From Acidobacteriota bacterium (GTDB taxonomy: Bacteria; Acidobacteriota; UBA890): a DNA stretch of 64,000 nucleotides. A program made the translations under genes and the position numbers. Shown piece by piece: positions 11,878 through 22,682 of the stretch. Every line of letters begins with the position of its first letter. Within the stretch, counting starts at the first letter, position 1. A model generated the notes under the pieces. That model did no database searches and was not told the DNA's origin. It saw only the letters and a list, made by a program, of their open reading frames with translations. Location: NCBI GenBank assembly GCA_965214245.1, contig CBDCBL010000005.1:28657-92656 (forward strand), written 5' to 3'.

Positions 11878-13164
11878 ATGTCTGATGCTTTGGTAGGTAG
11901 TGACCTGGGCCGCTCGCTGGCCGAAGTCGACCCCGAGATACTCCGTACGATTCGACTCGAGACCGAGAAACAGGCATCCAAGCTGGTGCTGATCGCCAGC
12001 GAGAACTACGCCTCCGAGGCGGTGCTCTCGGCCGGCGCGTCGGTGATGTCCAACAAGTACGCCGAGGGATACCCGGGGCGGCGCTACTACGGTGGCTGCG
12101 AGTTCGTCGACCAGGCAGAGGAGCTGGCGATTGCCCGCGCCCGCGAGCTGTTCGGCGCCGAGCATGCAAACGTGCAGCCGCATTCGGGGACGCAGGCGAA
12201 CATGGGTGTGTATTTCGCCGCGATCGAACCCGGCGACACGATCTTGGGCATGGAGTTGCCGCACGGCGGCCATCTGTCGCACGGCCACAAGCTCAACTTC
12301 TCGGGACAGCTCTACAACGTCGTCTCCTACGGCGTGAACCGTGAAACCGAGCTTCTCGACTACGACGAGATGGAGGCGAAGGCCCAGGAGCACGGTCCCA
12401 AGCTCATCGTCGTCGGTGCGTCGGCATATCCGCGGACCATCGATTTCGCGCGTGTGCAGACCATCGCCGACGGCGTCGGCGCCCGGGTCATGGCCGACAT
12501 CGCACACCCGGCCGGATTGGTAGCCGCCGGCCTGTTCCCGAATCCGTGCGAGCACGCCGACTTCGTCACATCTACGACGCATAAGACGCTGCGGGGCCCG
12601 CGCGGCGGGCTCATCCTCTGCAAGGAGGAATACGCCAAGGACGTCGACCGTAAGGTGTTCCCCGGCGCCCAGGGCGGCCCGTTCATGCACCTCATCGCCG
12701 CCAAGGCGGTGTGCTTCCACGAGGCTCTCACCGACGGCTTCAAGAGTTACGCGGCGCAGGTCATCGCCAACGCCAAGGCTTTGGCGGAAGCGTTGGCCGA
12801 GCGCGGCCACCGAATCGTCTCGGGCGGCACCGACAGCCATATGGTGCTGGTCGACGTCGGGGTCGCGGGGCTGACCGGCAAAGACGGCGAGGCCTGGTGC
12901 GACGCCGCCGGCATCATCGTGAACAGAAACACCATCCCGTTCGACGAGAACCCGCCGCTGGTGACCTCCGGCTTGCGTCTCGGTACCGCGGCCGTCGCGT
13001 CGCGCGGCATGCTAGAGCCCGAGATGACGCAGATCGCCGATTGGCTCCATCGGGTGCTCGACAGCAACGGCGACGACGACGTCGGCGCCACCGTCCGCAG
13101 CGAGGTCGAGGAGTTGTGCGCCGGTTTCCCGATGTACGATTGGCGCCTGCGGGAGATGGACTGA
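11878..13164 (+). CDS. glyA: Serine hydroxymethyltransferase
   Basis: [34 protein letters not shown]. Confidence 0.98.
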   Translation: MSDALVGSDLGRSLAEVDPEILRTIRLETEKQASKLVLIASENYASEAVLSAGASVMSNKYAEGYPGRRYYGGCEFVDQAEELAIARARELFGAEHANVQPHSGTQANMGVYFAAIEPGDTILGMELPHGGHLSHGHKLNFSGQLYNVVSYGVNRETELLDYDEMEAKAQEHGPKLIVVGASAYPRTIDFARVQTIADGVGARVMADIAHPAGLVAAGLFPNPCEHADFVTSTTHKTLRGPRGGLILCKEEYAKDVDRKVFPGAQGGPFMHLIAAKAVCFHEALTDGFKSYAAQVIANAKALAEALAERGHRIVSGGTDSHMVLVDVGVAGLTGKDGEAWCDAAGIIVNRNTIPFDENPPLVTSGLRLGTAAVASRGMLEPEMTQIADWLHRVLDSNGDDDVGATVRSEVEELCAGFPMYDWRLREMD

Positions 13165-13367
13165 GGGGCCTTGAAACTGACCGGCGGCGACTGCCCGCGC
13201 GATGTATCGGCGATCGCTGATTCAATCGCCGCCGACGCTTCTCCGGACCCATGTTAGACTAGCGCCGCCGAGCCAGAAATCAGCGTCGACCAAGGCGCTT
13301 TCGAGGGCGTTCTCGGCACCGCATTCAGGGGCGTTGTGGGGCTGAACACCAATCGGGAGGTGAGGGC

Positions 13368-14039
13368 ATGAAGTTCTTTCTCGATACGGCGAACATCGAC
13401 GAAATCCGGCAGGCGGCCGACCTTGGGGTGTTGGATGGAGTCACTACGAATCCATCGTTGGTGGCCAAGGAGGGACGACCTTTCGAGGAGATCGTCTTCG
13501 AGATCTGCGAGATCGTGCAGGGCCCGGTGAGCGCCGAAGTAGTCGCTACCGATTTCGAGACTATGGTGGAGGAGGGTCGCCGGCTGGCGGCGATCCACGA
13601 GCATGTCGTTGTCAAATGCCCGCTGACTCGCGACGGCATCAAGGCCACGAAACAACTTTCGGAGGACGGCATCCGCGTCAACGTGACGCTTTGTTTTTCG
13701 CCGGGCCAGGCGCTGATGGCCGCCAAAGCCGGCGCCGCCTACATTTCGCCGTTCGTCGGCCGCCTCGACGACGTCAGCCAGGACGGCATGGAGCTGGTGC
13801 AGCAGATCATCGCGATTTATGAAAACTACGGTTTCCCGACGGAAGTCCTGGTGGCCTCGATTCGTAACCCGAAGCACGTGCTCGACGCCGCCCTCATGGG
13901 CGCCGACGTAGCTACCGTGCCATACAAGATCTTCGAAGCCCTGCTCAACCACCCGCTGACCGACAAGGGCCTCGCGGCATTCCTGGCCGATTGGGAAAAG
14001 GCCCGAGACGTAGTCGCTCCCGAACCCGTCGAAGCCTAG
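13368..14039 (+). CDS. tal: Transaldolase (short TalC/Fsa type)
   Basis: [34 protein letters not shown]. Confidence 0.93.
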   Translation: MKFFLDTANIDEIRQAADLGVLDGVTTNPSLVAKEGRPFEEIVFEICEIVQGPVSAEVVATDFETMVEEGRRLAAIHEHVVVKCPLTRDGIKATKQLSEDGIRVNVTLCFSPGQALMAAKAGAAYISPFVGRLDDVSQDGMELVQQIIAIYENYGFPTEVLVASIRNPKHVLDAALMGADVATVPYKIFEALLNHPLTDKGLAAFLADWEKARDVVAPEPVEA

Positions 14040-14086
14040 CCGGCCGTGGGCTAGTGCAGCGGGCCACGCTCAAGGTGGAACGCTAG

Positions 14087-15637
14087 GTGGCAAACGAAGA
14101 TCGTTTCGCGGAGCTCGAGCGCCGCGAGCGGGAAGCCCGCGAAGGCGGCGGCGAGGCTCGCATCCAGCGCCAGCACGACGCCGGTAAGCTGACCGCGGGC
14201 GAGCGTCTCGATCTGCTGCTCGACCCCAACACCTTCGAAGAGCTCGACCGCTTCGTGGTTCACGGTTGCGGTGATTTCGGCATGCAGGACCAGCGCATCA
14301 GCGGCGACGGCGTGGTCAGCGGTCACGGCCGTATCGACGGTCGCCTGGTCTACGTGTTCGCGCAGGATTTCACGGTGTTCGGGGGCAGCGTATCGGAGGC
14401 GAACGCCGCCAAGATCTGCAAGATCATGGACCTGGCGATGGACATGGGGGCGCCGGTGATCGGCCTGAACGACTCCGGGGGCGCGCGGATCCAGGAGGGC
14501 GTCGCGTCCCTTGCCGGCTACGCGGATATCTTTCTCCGCAACACGCTGGCTTCGGGGGTCATACCGCAGATCTCCGCGATCATGGGCCCGTGCGCCGGGG
14601 GCGCAGTGTACTCGCCGGCCATCACCGACTTCGTGGCCATGGTGAAGGACAGCTCGTACATGTTCCTCACCGGTCCCGACGTCATCAAAACGGTGATGCA
14701 CGAGGACGTCAGCGCCCAGGATCTGGGAGGCGCCGAGGTTCACAATCAGAAGAGTGGCGTTGCCCACTTCTCCACCGCCAACGACAGGGAATGCATCGCC
14801 CTGATCCGCGAGTTGCTCTCGTATCTGCCCAGCAACAACCGCGAAGACCCGCCGCGACTCGAGCCTACCGACGACCCGGAGCGCGCCGACGAAGCCCTCG
14901 ACGACCTGATCCCCGAAGATCCCAACAAGCCCTACGACATCGTCGACCTGATCTGCGGTGTGGTCGACAACGGTGACGTCTTGCAGGTGCACGAGCAGTT
15001 CGCCCGCAACATCGTGGTCGGCTTCGCCCGTCTGCACGGCATGCCCGTGGGCATCGTCGCCAATCAGCCGGATCACCTCGCAGGCACCCTCGATATCGAC
15101 GCTTCGCTCAAGGGCGCCCGTTTCGTGCGCTTTTGCGACGCGTTCAACATCCCGCTGCTGGTGTTCGAGGACGTTCCCGGGTTCCTGCCCGGCACCGAGC
15201 AGGAGTTCGGCGGCATCATCAAGCACGGCGCCAAGTTGCTGTATGCCTTTGCCGAGGCCACCGTGCCCAAGCTCACCGTGATTACCCGCAAGGCCTACGG
15301 GGGCGCCTACTGCGTCATGGCGTCCAAGCACATCCGCACCGACGTGAACTTCGCGTATCCGACCGCCGAGATCGCCGTAATGGGCCCGGAGGGCGCTGTG
15401 AACGTTCTGTTCCGGCGGGAGCTCGCCGACGCCGACGATCCCGACGCCCTGCGCGCCGAGAAAACGCAGAGCTTCCGCGACAAGTTCGCCAACCCTTACA
15501 TCGCCGCCGAGCGCGGCTGGGTCGACGCCGTCATTCGGCCGCACGACACGCGTCCCAAACTCATCAAGGCGCTGCTGGCGCTCGACACCAAGGTCGACCG
15601 CAACCCGCCGAAGAAACACGGCAATATCCCGCTGTAA
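14087..15637 (+). CDS. pccB: Acyl-CoA (propionyl-CoA) carboxylase beta subunit
   Basis: [39 protein letters not shown]. Confidence 0.93.
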   Translation: MANEDRFAELERREREAREGGGEARIQRQHDAGKLTAGERLDLLLDPNTFEELDRFVVHGCGDFGMQDQRISGDGVVSGHGRIDGRLVYVFAQDFTVFGGSVSEANAAKICKIMDLAMDMGAPVIGLNDSGGARIQEGVASLAGYADIFLRNTLASGVIPQISAIMGPCAGGAVYSPAITDFVAMVKDSSYMFLTGPDVIKTVMHEDVSAQDLGGAEVHNQKSGVAHFSTANDRECIALIRELLSYLPSNNREDPPRLEPTDDPERADEALDDLIPEDPNKPYDIVDLICGVVDNGDVLQVHEQFARNIVVGFARLHGMPVGIVANQPDHLAGTLDIDASLKGARFVRFCDAFNIPLLVFEDVPGFLPGTEQEFGGIIKHGAKLLYAFAEATVPKLTVITRKAYGGAYCVMASKHIRTDVNFAYPTAEIAVMGPEGAVNVLFRRELADADDPDALRAEKTQSFRDKFANPYIAAERGWVDAVIRPHDTRPKLIKALLALDTKVDRNPPKKHGNIPL

Positions 15638-15745
15638 ACCGAAGATCTGTGACCGGTGGAAGCGTTGCGCAGGACGGGGAGTCTGTGGCGCAGAGCGGTC
15701 GCAATCGACGTGACGCCGCCCGGGACCCCGGGATACGCTTTAACT

Positions 15746-17263
15746 ATGGGGAAGCGCAAGATTCGCTGCATTTTGGTCGCCAACCGGGGGGAGATCGCGG
15801 TCCGGGTAATTCGCGCCTGTCGCGACCTCGGGCTGGAGTCTGTCGCAATCTATTCGGAGGCCGATCGCGAGGCGTTGCACGTGCGCTTCGCGAACTTCTC
15901 CTACCCCGTCGGCCCGGCGCCCGCCAGCGAGTCGTACCTCGACATCGATCGAGTTCTCGGGGTCGCCGAGAGGGCTGCCGTAGACGCCGTTCACCCAGGC
16001 TATGGTTTTCTCTCCGAGAGCCCGGAGTTCGCCCGTCGCTGCGAAGACGCCGGCTTGATCTTCATCGGGCCTACGGCCGACTGCATGGCGCTCGTCGGCG
16101 ACAAGGCGTGCGCCCGCCAGGCCGCCACGGAAGCCGGCGTGGCGGTCGTGCCGGGATCGCCGGCACCGGTGGCCGATGCAGCCGCGGCCAAAGCCGTAGC
16201 CGAGGAGCTCGGCTATCCGATCATGCTCAAGGCAGCGGCCGGCGGCGGCGGCAAGGGAATGCGGTTCGCCGGCGCTGAGGAAGACGTGGAGAGCTGCTTC
16301 GCCGCCGCCAGCAGCGAGGCCCAATCGGCTTTCGGCGACGGTCGCATCTACGTCGAGAAGGCGATCGTTGCGCCACGCCACATCGAGATCCAGATTCTCG
16401 CCGATATACACGGCAACCGCGTTCACCTCGGCGAGCGCGAGTGCACGCTGCAGCGCCGGCACCAGAAGGTGCTCGAGGAATCTCCGTCGGTGATCATGGA
16501 CGACGACCTGCGGCGGCGCATGGGTGCCGCCGCCCTTGCCGTTGCGGCACAAGCGGGCTACAGCAACGCCGGCACGGTGGAGTTTCTGGTCGACTCGAAT
16601 CGTGACTTCTACTTCATCGAGGTCAATGCCCGTCTCCAGGTCGAGCACCCGGTGACCGAAGCGCTCACCGGAATCGACCTCGTTGCCGAGCAAATCCGGC
16701 TGGCCGAGGGCAACGAGCTCTCGATGTCACAAGAAGACGTGACACTCCACGGGCACGCCATCGAGTGCCGCATTTACGCCGAGGACCCCGATAACAACTT
16801 CGCGCCTTCGCCCGGCCTGGTTGAGGCATTGCGCATTCCCGACGGACCCGGCATTCGCGACGATTCGTGCCTCTTCAAGGGCTATGAGGTCCCGATTCAT
16901 TACGATCCGATCGTCGGCAAGCTGATCGCCTGGGGCGCCGACCGCGACGCGGCGATTCGCCGCCTGCAACGTGCCCTCGCGGAGTACAAGGTGCGTGGTA
17001 TCGCCACCACGATCCCGTTGTTCCGGCGGGTGCTGAACGACCCTGATTTCATCGCCGGCGAGTTCGACACCAGCTACCTTGACCGGCTGCTCGCTGCCTC
17101 CGCCGATGCTTTCCACCGAGAGGACGATAAATTCGCCGAGGTGGCCCGGTTGGCTGCGGCGATGCACGTGTTCCTCCGTGAAGAAGAACGGGCTTTTCGA
17201 CCACCGTCCACGGCGTCGTCGGCGTGGAAGATCGCGGGGCGCGCGGCGTCTCTGGACGGCTAG
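15746..17263 (+). CDS. accC: Biotin carboxylase subunit
   Basis: ANRGEIAVR, HPGYGFLSE, GGGGKGMR, EVNARLQVEHPVTE; probable ATG at 15746. Confidence 0.93.
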   Translation: MGKRKIRCILVANRGEIAVRVIRACRDLGLESVAIYSEADREALHVRFANFSYPVGPAPASESYLDIDRVLGVAERAAVDAVHPGYGFLSESPEFARRCEDAGLIFIGPTADCMALVGDKACARQAATEAGVAVVPGSPAPVADAAAAKAVAEELGYPIMLKAAAGGGGKGMRFAGAEEDVESCFAAASSEAQSAFGDGRIYVEKAIVAPRHIEIQILADIHGNRVHLGERECTLQRRHQKVLEESPSVIMDDDLRRRMGAAALAVAAQAGYSNAGTVEFLVDSNRDFYFIEVNARLQVEHPVTEALTGIDLVAEQIRLAEGNELSMSQEDVTLHGHAIECRIYAEDPDNNFAPSPGLVEALRIPDGPGIRDDSCLFKGYEVPIHYDPIVGKLIAWGADRDAAIRRLQRALAEYKVRGIATTIPLFRRVLNDPDFIAGEFDTSYLDRLLAASADAFHREDDKFAEVARLAAAMHVFLREEERAFRPPSTASSAWKIAGRAASLDG

Positions 17264-17313
17264 CAGGCCGTGGTGAAAGTGTGATGGGCCCGTTGAGGGC
17301 GAGGAGGGGGCAG

Positions 17314-17856
17314 GTGATTGTCGAAGTGAGCATCGGCGAGGAGACACCCCGTCGCTATCGTGTGCGCCGCGCCGGCGAGCAGCTCGTCATCCGGCGGCTC
17401 GACGGCGACGGAACGGTCGACAACTTCGCCAACGGGGCACGTGATGGTGAGACCTCGATCGATTGGCGCCGGCCCCAACCGGGGATCTACTCGCTGCTCG
17501 TGGACGACGCCTCGTACGAGGTGTTCGTGGAAGACGAGCCCGACCACCTGGTCGTCCACCTGGTCGAACGAACGTTCTGCGTCCACGCCACCGACATTCG
17601 GCGGCATCGAGCTTCAGCTGGTGGCGCCCCGGCCCTCGACGGTCCGATTCGACTCGTCGCACCAATTCCGGGACGGGTGTCTCGAGTTCTCGTCGAGCCC
17701 GGCCAAGAGGTCAAACGCGGCGAGGGAATCATCGTCCTCGAGGCGATGAAGATGGAAAACGAGTTGCGTGCCCCACGCGACGGCGTGATCGGCGTAATCG
17801 AGGTCAACGAGGGCCAGGGAGTCGAAGGTGGCGCCCTGCTTGCGACGATCGAATGA
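17314..17856 (+). CDS. Biotin carboxyl carrier protein
   Basis: LEAMKMENE biotinylation motif; GTG at 17314 after GAGGAGG. Confidence 0.9.
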   Translation: MIVEVSIGEETPRRYRVRRAGEQLVIRRLDGDGTVDNFANGARDGETSIDWRRPQPGIYSLLVDDASYEVFVEDEPDHLVVHLVERTFCVHATDIRRHRASAGGAPALDGPIRLVAPIPGRVSRVLVEPGQEVKRGEGIIVLEAMKMENELRAPRDGVIGVIEVNEGQGVEGGALLATIE

Positions 17857-20800
17857 CCTCAGACAACAAGAAGGCCCCGGAGCGCTCGCGACGCCACAAG
17901 CTCGTCCTCGCGTTGGCGGTTCTGACCGTCGTGACGCTTGCCGCGTTCGCCACGACCTGGGTCTGGTTGGAAAGCCGCGGCGGGCAGGAGCGCGTGCGGC
18001 TCATGCTCGAGCGGCGCGTCTCCGTGGCGTTGGGCCGGCCGCTGGACATCGGCGCCCTGGAGTTCGACCTGCTGCCGCTGCGCGCGTCACTGGCCGACGT
18101 CACCATCGGCGGCGGTGCCGGCGCCGATCAGCCGTTGCTTCGCGTGCCCGGCGTCCGTGTGCAGCTCGATCCCTGGGCGCTCATGGCGCGCGAGATCCTG
18201 CTCGAATCGCTCGAGCTCGACGAGCCGACGTTGCACTGGGACATACCCGACGGAGAAGCCCCAGCGACCCGAGCTGCGCCGAGCGACGATCCGGCGTTCA
18301 CGTTGAGCATCGACCGGCTCAGCGTCTCCGGCGGTGCGGTCGAGCTCAATCATCAGCGCTGGAACATCGATACGGTGTTGGACGCTCTCGAGGTAGACAT
18401 GCGCCCGGCCGGCAATGCAGCGTCGCCACGACGCCGCGCCGGCACGGTGCGTATCGGCGGCGGCAATGTGACCCTCCAGGACGCGGCGCGAGGATCGTCA
18501 CCGCTGCGACTGCTCGATCCGCTCCAGGCAGAGCTGCGATTCGCCTTCGAGAGTAACTCCCTCGATATCGAAGAGCTGCATGTGACGCTGGCGAACAGCG
18601 AGCTTACCGCCAGTGGTGAGATCTTCGATTGGCAACGCGCGCGGCTCGACACGAGCGGCCGTATATCGGTGGCCGACATTGCCAACCTGATCGGTCTCGA
18701 CGGTTCCGGCACCCACAACGGTGAAGCCAGCCTCGAAGGCACGGTAACCGTCGACCAGAGCGGCGCCCGCTTTGCGGGCAACATCGGCACCGACAGCTTC
18801 ATGCTCGCCGGTATCGAGGCCACGGAGATCAGCGCCGCCGTCGACGCTGACCTCGACGGCGTCAACGTACGAGATTTGCGTATCCGACTATTCGGCGGCG
18901 AAATCGAAGCGCAGATCGCCGTCCACCGCTCGGTCACACCAACCCGGCTCGCCGTCGAGTACCACGGCACCGGGGTCAACCTAGCGCAACTGACAACGAC
19001 AGAGGGGCTCGAAGGTCTGCGATTCGCCGGCACCGGCAGTGCCGCCGGGGACCTGGTGTGGAGCGCTCCGTGGCGCGAAACGATCACCGGAACCGGCAGC
19101 ATCGGGCTCGACGTCCCCTCTGCCGTATTGGAGCGGCGCCGCGGCCAAGACACGACGCGAACCTTGCTCCCCACGCTATCGGCCGGCACGGACGAACGGG
19201 CCGCAACACGGCCGCTGCAGGGCGGCGTCGGGCAGGCTGCGCCAACTCCTTCCCTGCCCCTGCGGCTGCGCGCCGATGCCGAGTACGAGCTCGACGCCGG
19301 AACCCTACTCATCCGCACCGCCAATGCCTCGCTGCCGCAAACCGACGCCTCGTTGGAGGGATGGATCGACCTCGACGGCGACGTCTCCGCCACGGTGCAC
19401 ATCGGCAGCAGCGACTTTCGCTTTCTCGACAGCTTGTTCACCCAGGTTCGACGTTTCCGCGGCGAGCTACCTGTGCCCCAGCCCTTGGGCCTCGGTGGTG
19501 CCGGCGAGATTTCCGTGGTGGTCAGTGGCAGCCTGGCGCAGCCCGGCCTGGAGGGCACGCTCACCGCAGAGAATCTGTCCATCTCCCGCAACCCCGTGGG
19601 TGACGTCGAGGGTAATCTGCGGCTCGCCGGCACCTCACTCGAGGTCATCGCCTTGACCGTGATGCGCGGCGATGGAAGCGCCAACGGCGAGGGAAGATTT
19701 CGGATCGGCGAGCAGGTTTCGGCCACTGCCGACTACTCGTTCGGGCTGCGGCTCGATGCGTACCCGATGGAAGTGCACTTGCCGCAGCTCGGCGTGCCGC
19801 TCACCGTAGCCGGGGAGACGAGCGGGGAGCTGGCGCTTTCGGGCAACTACGGCGAGCCACCCAGCGGCAGTGTGGAGCTCCGGGGCGACGCCGTCCGCCT
19901 GAACGATCTCGCCGACCTGACCGCCGACGTCCGCTTGGCTCTCGAAACCACCCGCTGGTCGGCGGAGCGTTTCGAGTTGGTCGGACCGCGCGGCCGGCTT
20001 TCCATATCGGGGGCTTGGCAGCGTACCGACGACACGGTGCAGGCGAGCCTCAACGGGTTCGGCCTCGACGCCTCGATCGCGGCCGATCTGCTCGGCAGTG
20101 AAGTACCGGTTTCGGGGGTTCTCGAGCTGCAGGCACGTCTGACTGGCGATTTCGCCACGCCGGCTGCCGCCGCGACGATGCGCTGGACGGACGCAGTCGC
20201 CTTCGGTGTGTCAATCGGATCCGTGGCTTCGAGTGCTGAGCTGCGCGCCGGCAGCCTGGCGATCGCCGCGGTCGGGCGCCCCGACCCGAGCTCTCCGGCG
20301 GTGCCGCCACCGACGCCGACTGCCGCCGGTGGCGGGCAGGCGATCCCCTTGCCCCGGGTTCCGACGTCAGGATGGGCGGCGACGCTCAGCACCGACCTGC
20401 AAGCCCCACACCTGGCCAACCTGCGAGCGAGCGGCGAATCGGGTCTCATCCTGGCGGCAATGGCCGCGCAAGGCTACGAGGCCACCGACGACCTTGCCGT
20501 GGAGGGAAGGCTCGAGGTGGGAGGCCAAGGCTTTCTCAATGATTGGAGATCATGGACAGGCAGCGTGATGCTGAGCGAGTTCACCCTGGCACGTCCGGGG
20601 CTGACGTTCTCCATTCCCGATCCGTTCACCGTGGAGCTTGACGGCGAGATATTGCGGGCCCAACTACCCCGACTCATCAGTGAGGCAGGCACGCTGGGCG
20701 CGGATGCGGTTGTCGACCTCGTTGAAAGGCGCTGGATCGAGGCGCAGGCGGACGGCAGCGTGTCACTCGACGTTCTCGAGGTGCTGACCAAGGAGACCGA

Positions 20801-22682
20801 CATCGGCGGCCGTATCGACGTTTCTTTGGTTGCCACGGGCGACCTCTTGAGCGGCGATGTAGACGGCACATTCGACCTGTATGACGTCTCGCTGAGCCGC
20901 GCGAAGTGGCCGTGGTCGGCGCAGGGCATGCGCGGCACCGTGCGGCTTGCCGGCGGCCAGCTGCGCGTCAACGGACTCGCGGGAACATCCGAGGGGCGTC
21001 CGTTTCGCGTCGACGGTGTCATCCCGCTCGCCGCTCTGGCCGGCGACACGACCGCAGAACCGGCGCGCTTGGGCGTGTCTGTCGACGACCTTCCGCTGCA
21101 ACCCCTCTGGGAGAGAACCGGTCCCCTGCGGGAACTGCTGCGCAACGGCGAGACTTCCCTAACGTTCTCGGCACAGGGATATGGCGCCGATTGGCGCACC
21201 TACACGGGCAACCTCGATGTGCAGGAACTCGACATGCAGTTCGCCGATGTGCCGTTGCGCATGAGCGCACCGGTCGGGTTCGACATTGCCGATGGGCATC
21301 TGACGCTGACCGCGCCGATCAACTTGCAGGGGCCGGGCACCGATGTCGACGTCGACGGCTTCTTCGACCTCGGCCCATTCCGCTTCGACGCAACGTTGCG
21401 CGGCCGGGCCAACGTCGATCCGCTGAACCGGGTCACCGGCAACTGGGGCGTCGCCGGACGCGCCGAGCTCGACGTCCGCGTCGCCGGTGATCCGCCGGAA
21501 CTGTCGTATTTCGGCACCGTCAAGCTCACCAACGGACTCGTCAACTCGCCGATCCTGCAGCTGGTCGAGTCGATCAACGCCACACTGACGCTCGACGACA
21601 GACTCGTCAGGATCGACGAGTTCGTCGGGTTCTTGGGCGGCGGCCACGCGCGCGGCGCGGGCAACGTGGCCGGCACCGGTGAGATTCAGCTCGTCGACAA
21701 CGTGCCCTATCGCTTCGTCCTCAACACCCACGTCGACGAGGCTGAGCTGCGCCTCGAACCCGGGGTTCGCGTCACCCTCACCGCCGACCTGCTGCACGAC
21801 GGCACCATCGAAAGCTCAATGCTGTCGGGCGCCGCGTTGGTCTCGGCCGGCGAGTACACCAAACGCTGGAATGGCGACGGGGAGCTGTTGGCTCTTACCG
21901 GCAGCGGCACTCCGGGGGTCAACCACGAGCTGGCAACGACGGTGAACCTCGACATCGACGTCAGAGCCCCCGGCGACCTCAGGATTCTCAACAACATAGC
22001 CGACGTGGAGTTCGGCGCCGATCTGCAAGTGCGCGGCACGCTCGACGCGCCGGTCCTGCTGGGACGAGCAACGGTCATCGACGGCAATGTGACGCTGCGC
22101 GACCATCGCTATCGGTTGCTGCACGGCACCATCGAGTTTCAGAATCCGCTGCAGACCGAGACCAACCTCGACTTCCTCGCCGAGACCAGCATTCGCCAAT
22201 ATGTCGTGACTGTAGAGGTGACGGGATCCGCGGACCGCGGTGACATACAGGCGTCGTTTTCCTCTTCGCCACCCCTTTCCGACCTGCAGCTCATCCAGCT
22301 GCTGACCGTCGGCAACGCCCCCGACGAAACGCGACTGCCCGATAGCGAAACCATCGGCGCGGTGGGCGCGCAGGCGACCTCGTTCCTGGCGCAGCAATAT
22401 CTCAATCAGGTGGAGCGCGGTGCGCAACGGGTCTTCGGCGTCGACAGGTTCCGTGTTGAACCCGCCATTACCGCGGGGTCGGGCGACCCCACGGCGCGCG
22501 TCACGCTGGGCAAGCAGGTAACGCCGGAGCTCTGGGTCAGTTGGACCAGTGTGCTGGGCACCACCGAGGAGCAGCTAGTCACCATCGAGTACCAGCTATC
22601 TCGTAACGTACGTATTACGGCGACGCGCGAGGAGGACGGCTCGTTCGGCTTCGACGTGCGATTCGACCACCGGTTCCGATGA
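17853..22682 (+). CDS. tamB: Translocation/assembly module TamB (AsmA-like, DUF490)
   Basis: ATG at 17853 overlaps the upstream stop; N-terminal TM anchor; long beta-rich body; C-terminal TamB-like region (SSSPPLS...RVTLGKQ). Confidence 0.85.
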   Translation: MTSDNKKAPERSRRHKLVLALAVLTVVTLAAFATTWVWLESRGGQERVRLMLERRVSVALGRPLDIGALEFDLLPLRASLADVTIGGGAGADQPLLRVPGVRVQLDPWALMAREILLESLELDEPTLHWDIPDGEAPATRAAPSDDPAFTLSIDRLSVSGGAVELNHQRWNIDTVLDALEVDMRPAGNAASPRRRAGTVRIGGGNVTLQDAARGSSPLRLLDPLQAELRFAFESNSLDIEELHVTLANSELTASGEIFDWQRARLDTSGRISVADIANLIGLDGSGTHNGEASLEGTVTVDQSGARFAGNIGTDSFMLAGIEATEISAAVDADLDGVNVRDLRIRLFGGEIEAQIAVHRSVTPTRLAVEYHGTGVNLAQLTTTEGLEGLRFAGTGSAAGDLVWSAPWRETITGTGSIGLDVPSAVLERRRGQDTTRTLLPTLSAGTDERAATRPLQGGVGQAAPTPSLPLRLRADAEYELDAGTLLIRTANASLPQTDASLEGWIDLDGDVSATVHIGSSDFRFLDSLFTQVRRFRGELPVPQPLGLGGAGEISVVVSGSLAQPGLEGTLTAENLSISRNPVGDVEGNLRLAGTSLEVIALTVMRGDGSANGEGRFRIGEQVSATADYSFGLRLDAYPMEVHLPQLGVPLTVAGETSGELALSGNYGEPPSGSVELRGDAVRLNDLADLTADVRLALETTRWSAERFELVGPRGRLSISGAWQRTDDTVQASLNGFGLDASIAADLLGSEVPVSGVLELQARLTGDFATPAAAATMRWTDAVAFGVSIGSVASSAELRAGSLAIAAVGRPDPSSPAVPPPTPTAAGGGQAIPLPRVPTSGWAATLSTDLQAPHLANLRASGESGLILAAMAAQGYEATDDLAVEGRLEVGGQGFLNDWRSWTGSVMLSEFTLARPGLTFSIPDPFTVELDGEILRAQLPRLISEAGTLGADAVVDLVERRWIEAQADGSVSLDVLEVLTKETDIGGRIDVSLVATGDLLSGDVDGTFDLYDVSLSRAKWPWSAQGMRGTVRLAGGQLRVNGLAGTSEGRPFRVDGVIPLAALAGDTTAEPARLGVSVDDLPLQPLWERTGPLRELLRNGETSLTFSAQGYGADWRTYTGNLDVQELDMQFADVPLRMSAPVGFDIADGHLTLTAPINLQGPGTDVDVDGFFDLGPFRFDATLRGRANVDPLNRVTGNWGVAGRAELDVRVAGDPPELSYFGTVKLTNGLVNSPILQLVESINATLTLDDRLVRIDEFVGFLGGGHARGAGNVAGTGEIQLVDNVPYRFVLNTHVDEAELRLEPGVRVTLTADLLHDGTIESSMLSGAALVSAGEYTKRWNGDGELLALTGSGTPGVNHELATTVNLDIDVRAPGDLRILNNIADVEFGADLQVRGTLDAPVLLGRATVIDGNVTLRDHRYRLLHGTIEFQNPLQTETNLDFLAETSIRQYVVTVEVTGSADRGDIQASFSSSPPLSDLQLIQLLTVGNAPDETRLPDSETIGAVGAQATSFLAQQYLNQVERGAQRVFGVDRFRVEPAITAGSGDPTARVTLGKQVTPELWVSWTSVLGTTEEQLVTIEYQLSRNVRITATREEDGSFGFDVRFDHRFR

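Noticed and set aside
13165-13367. Riboswitch or leader upstream of transaldolase
   Set aside because: Some pairing potential, but no recognisable conserved motif.
17463-17852. N-terminal 130 aa of the 1739-aa ORF
   Set aside because: Off-frame overlap with the biotin carrier gene; TamB starts at ATG 17853.
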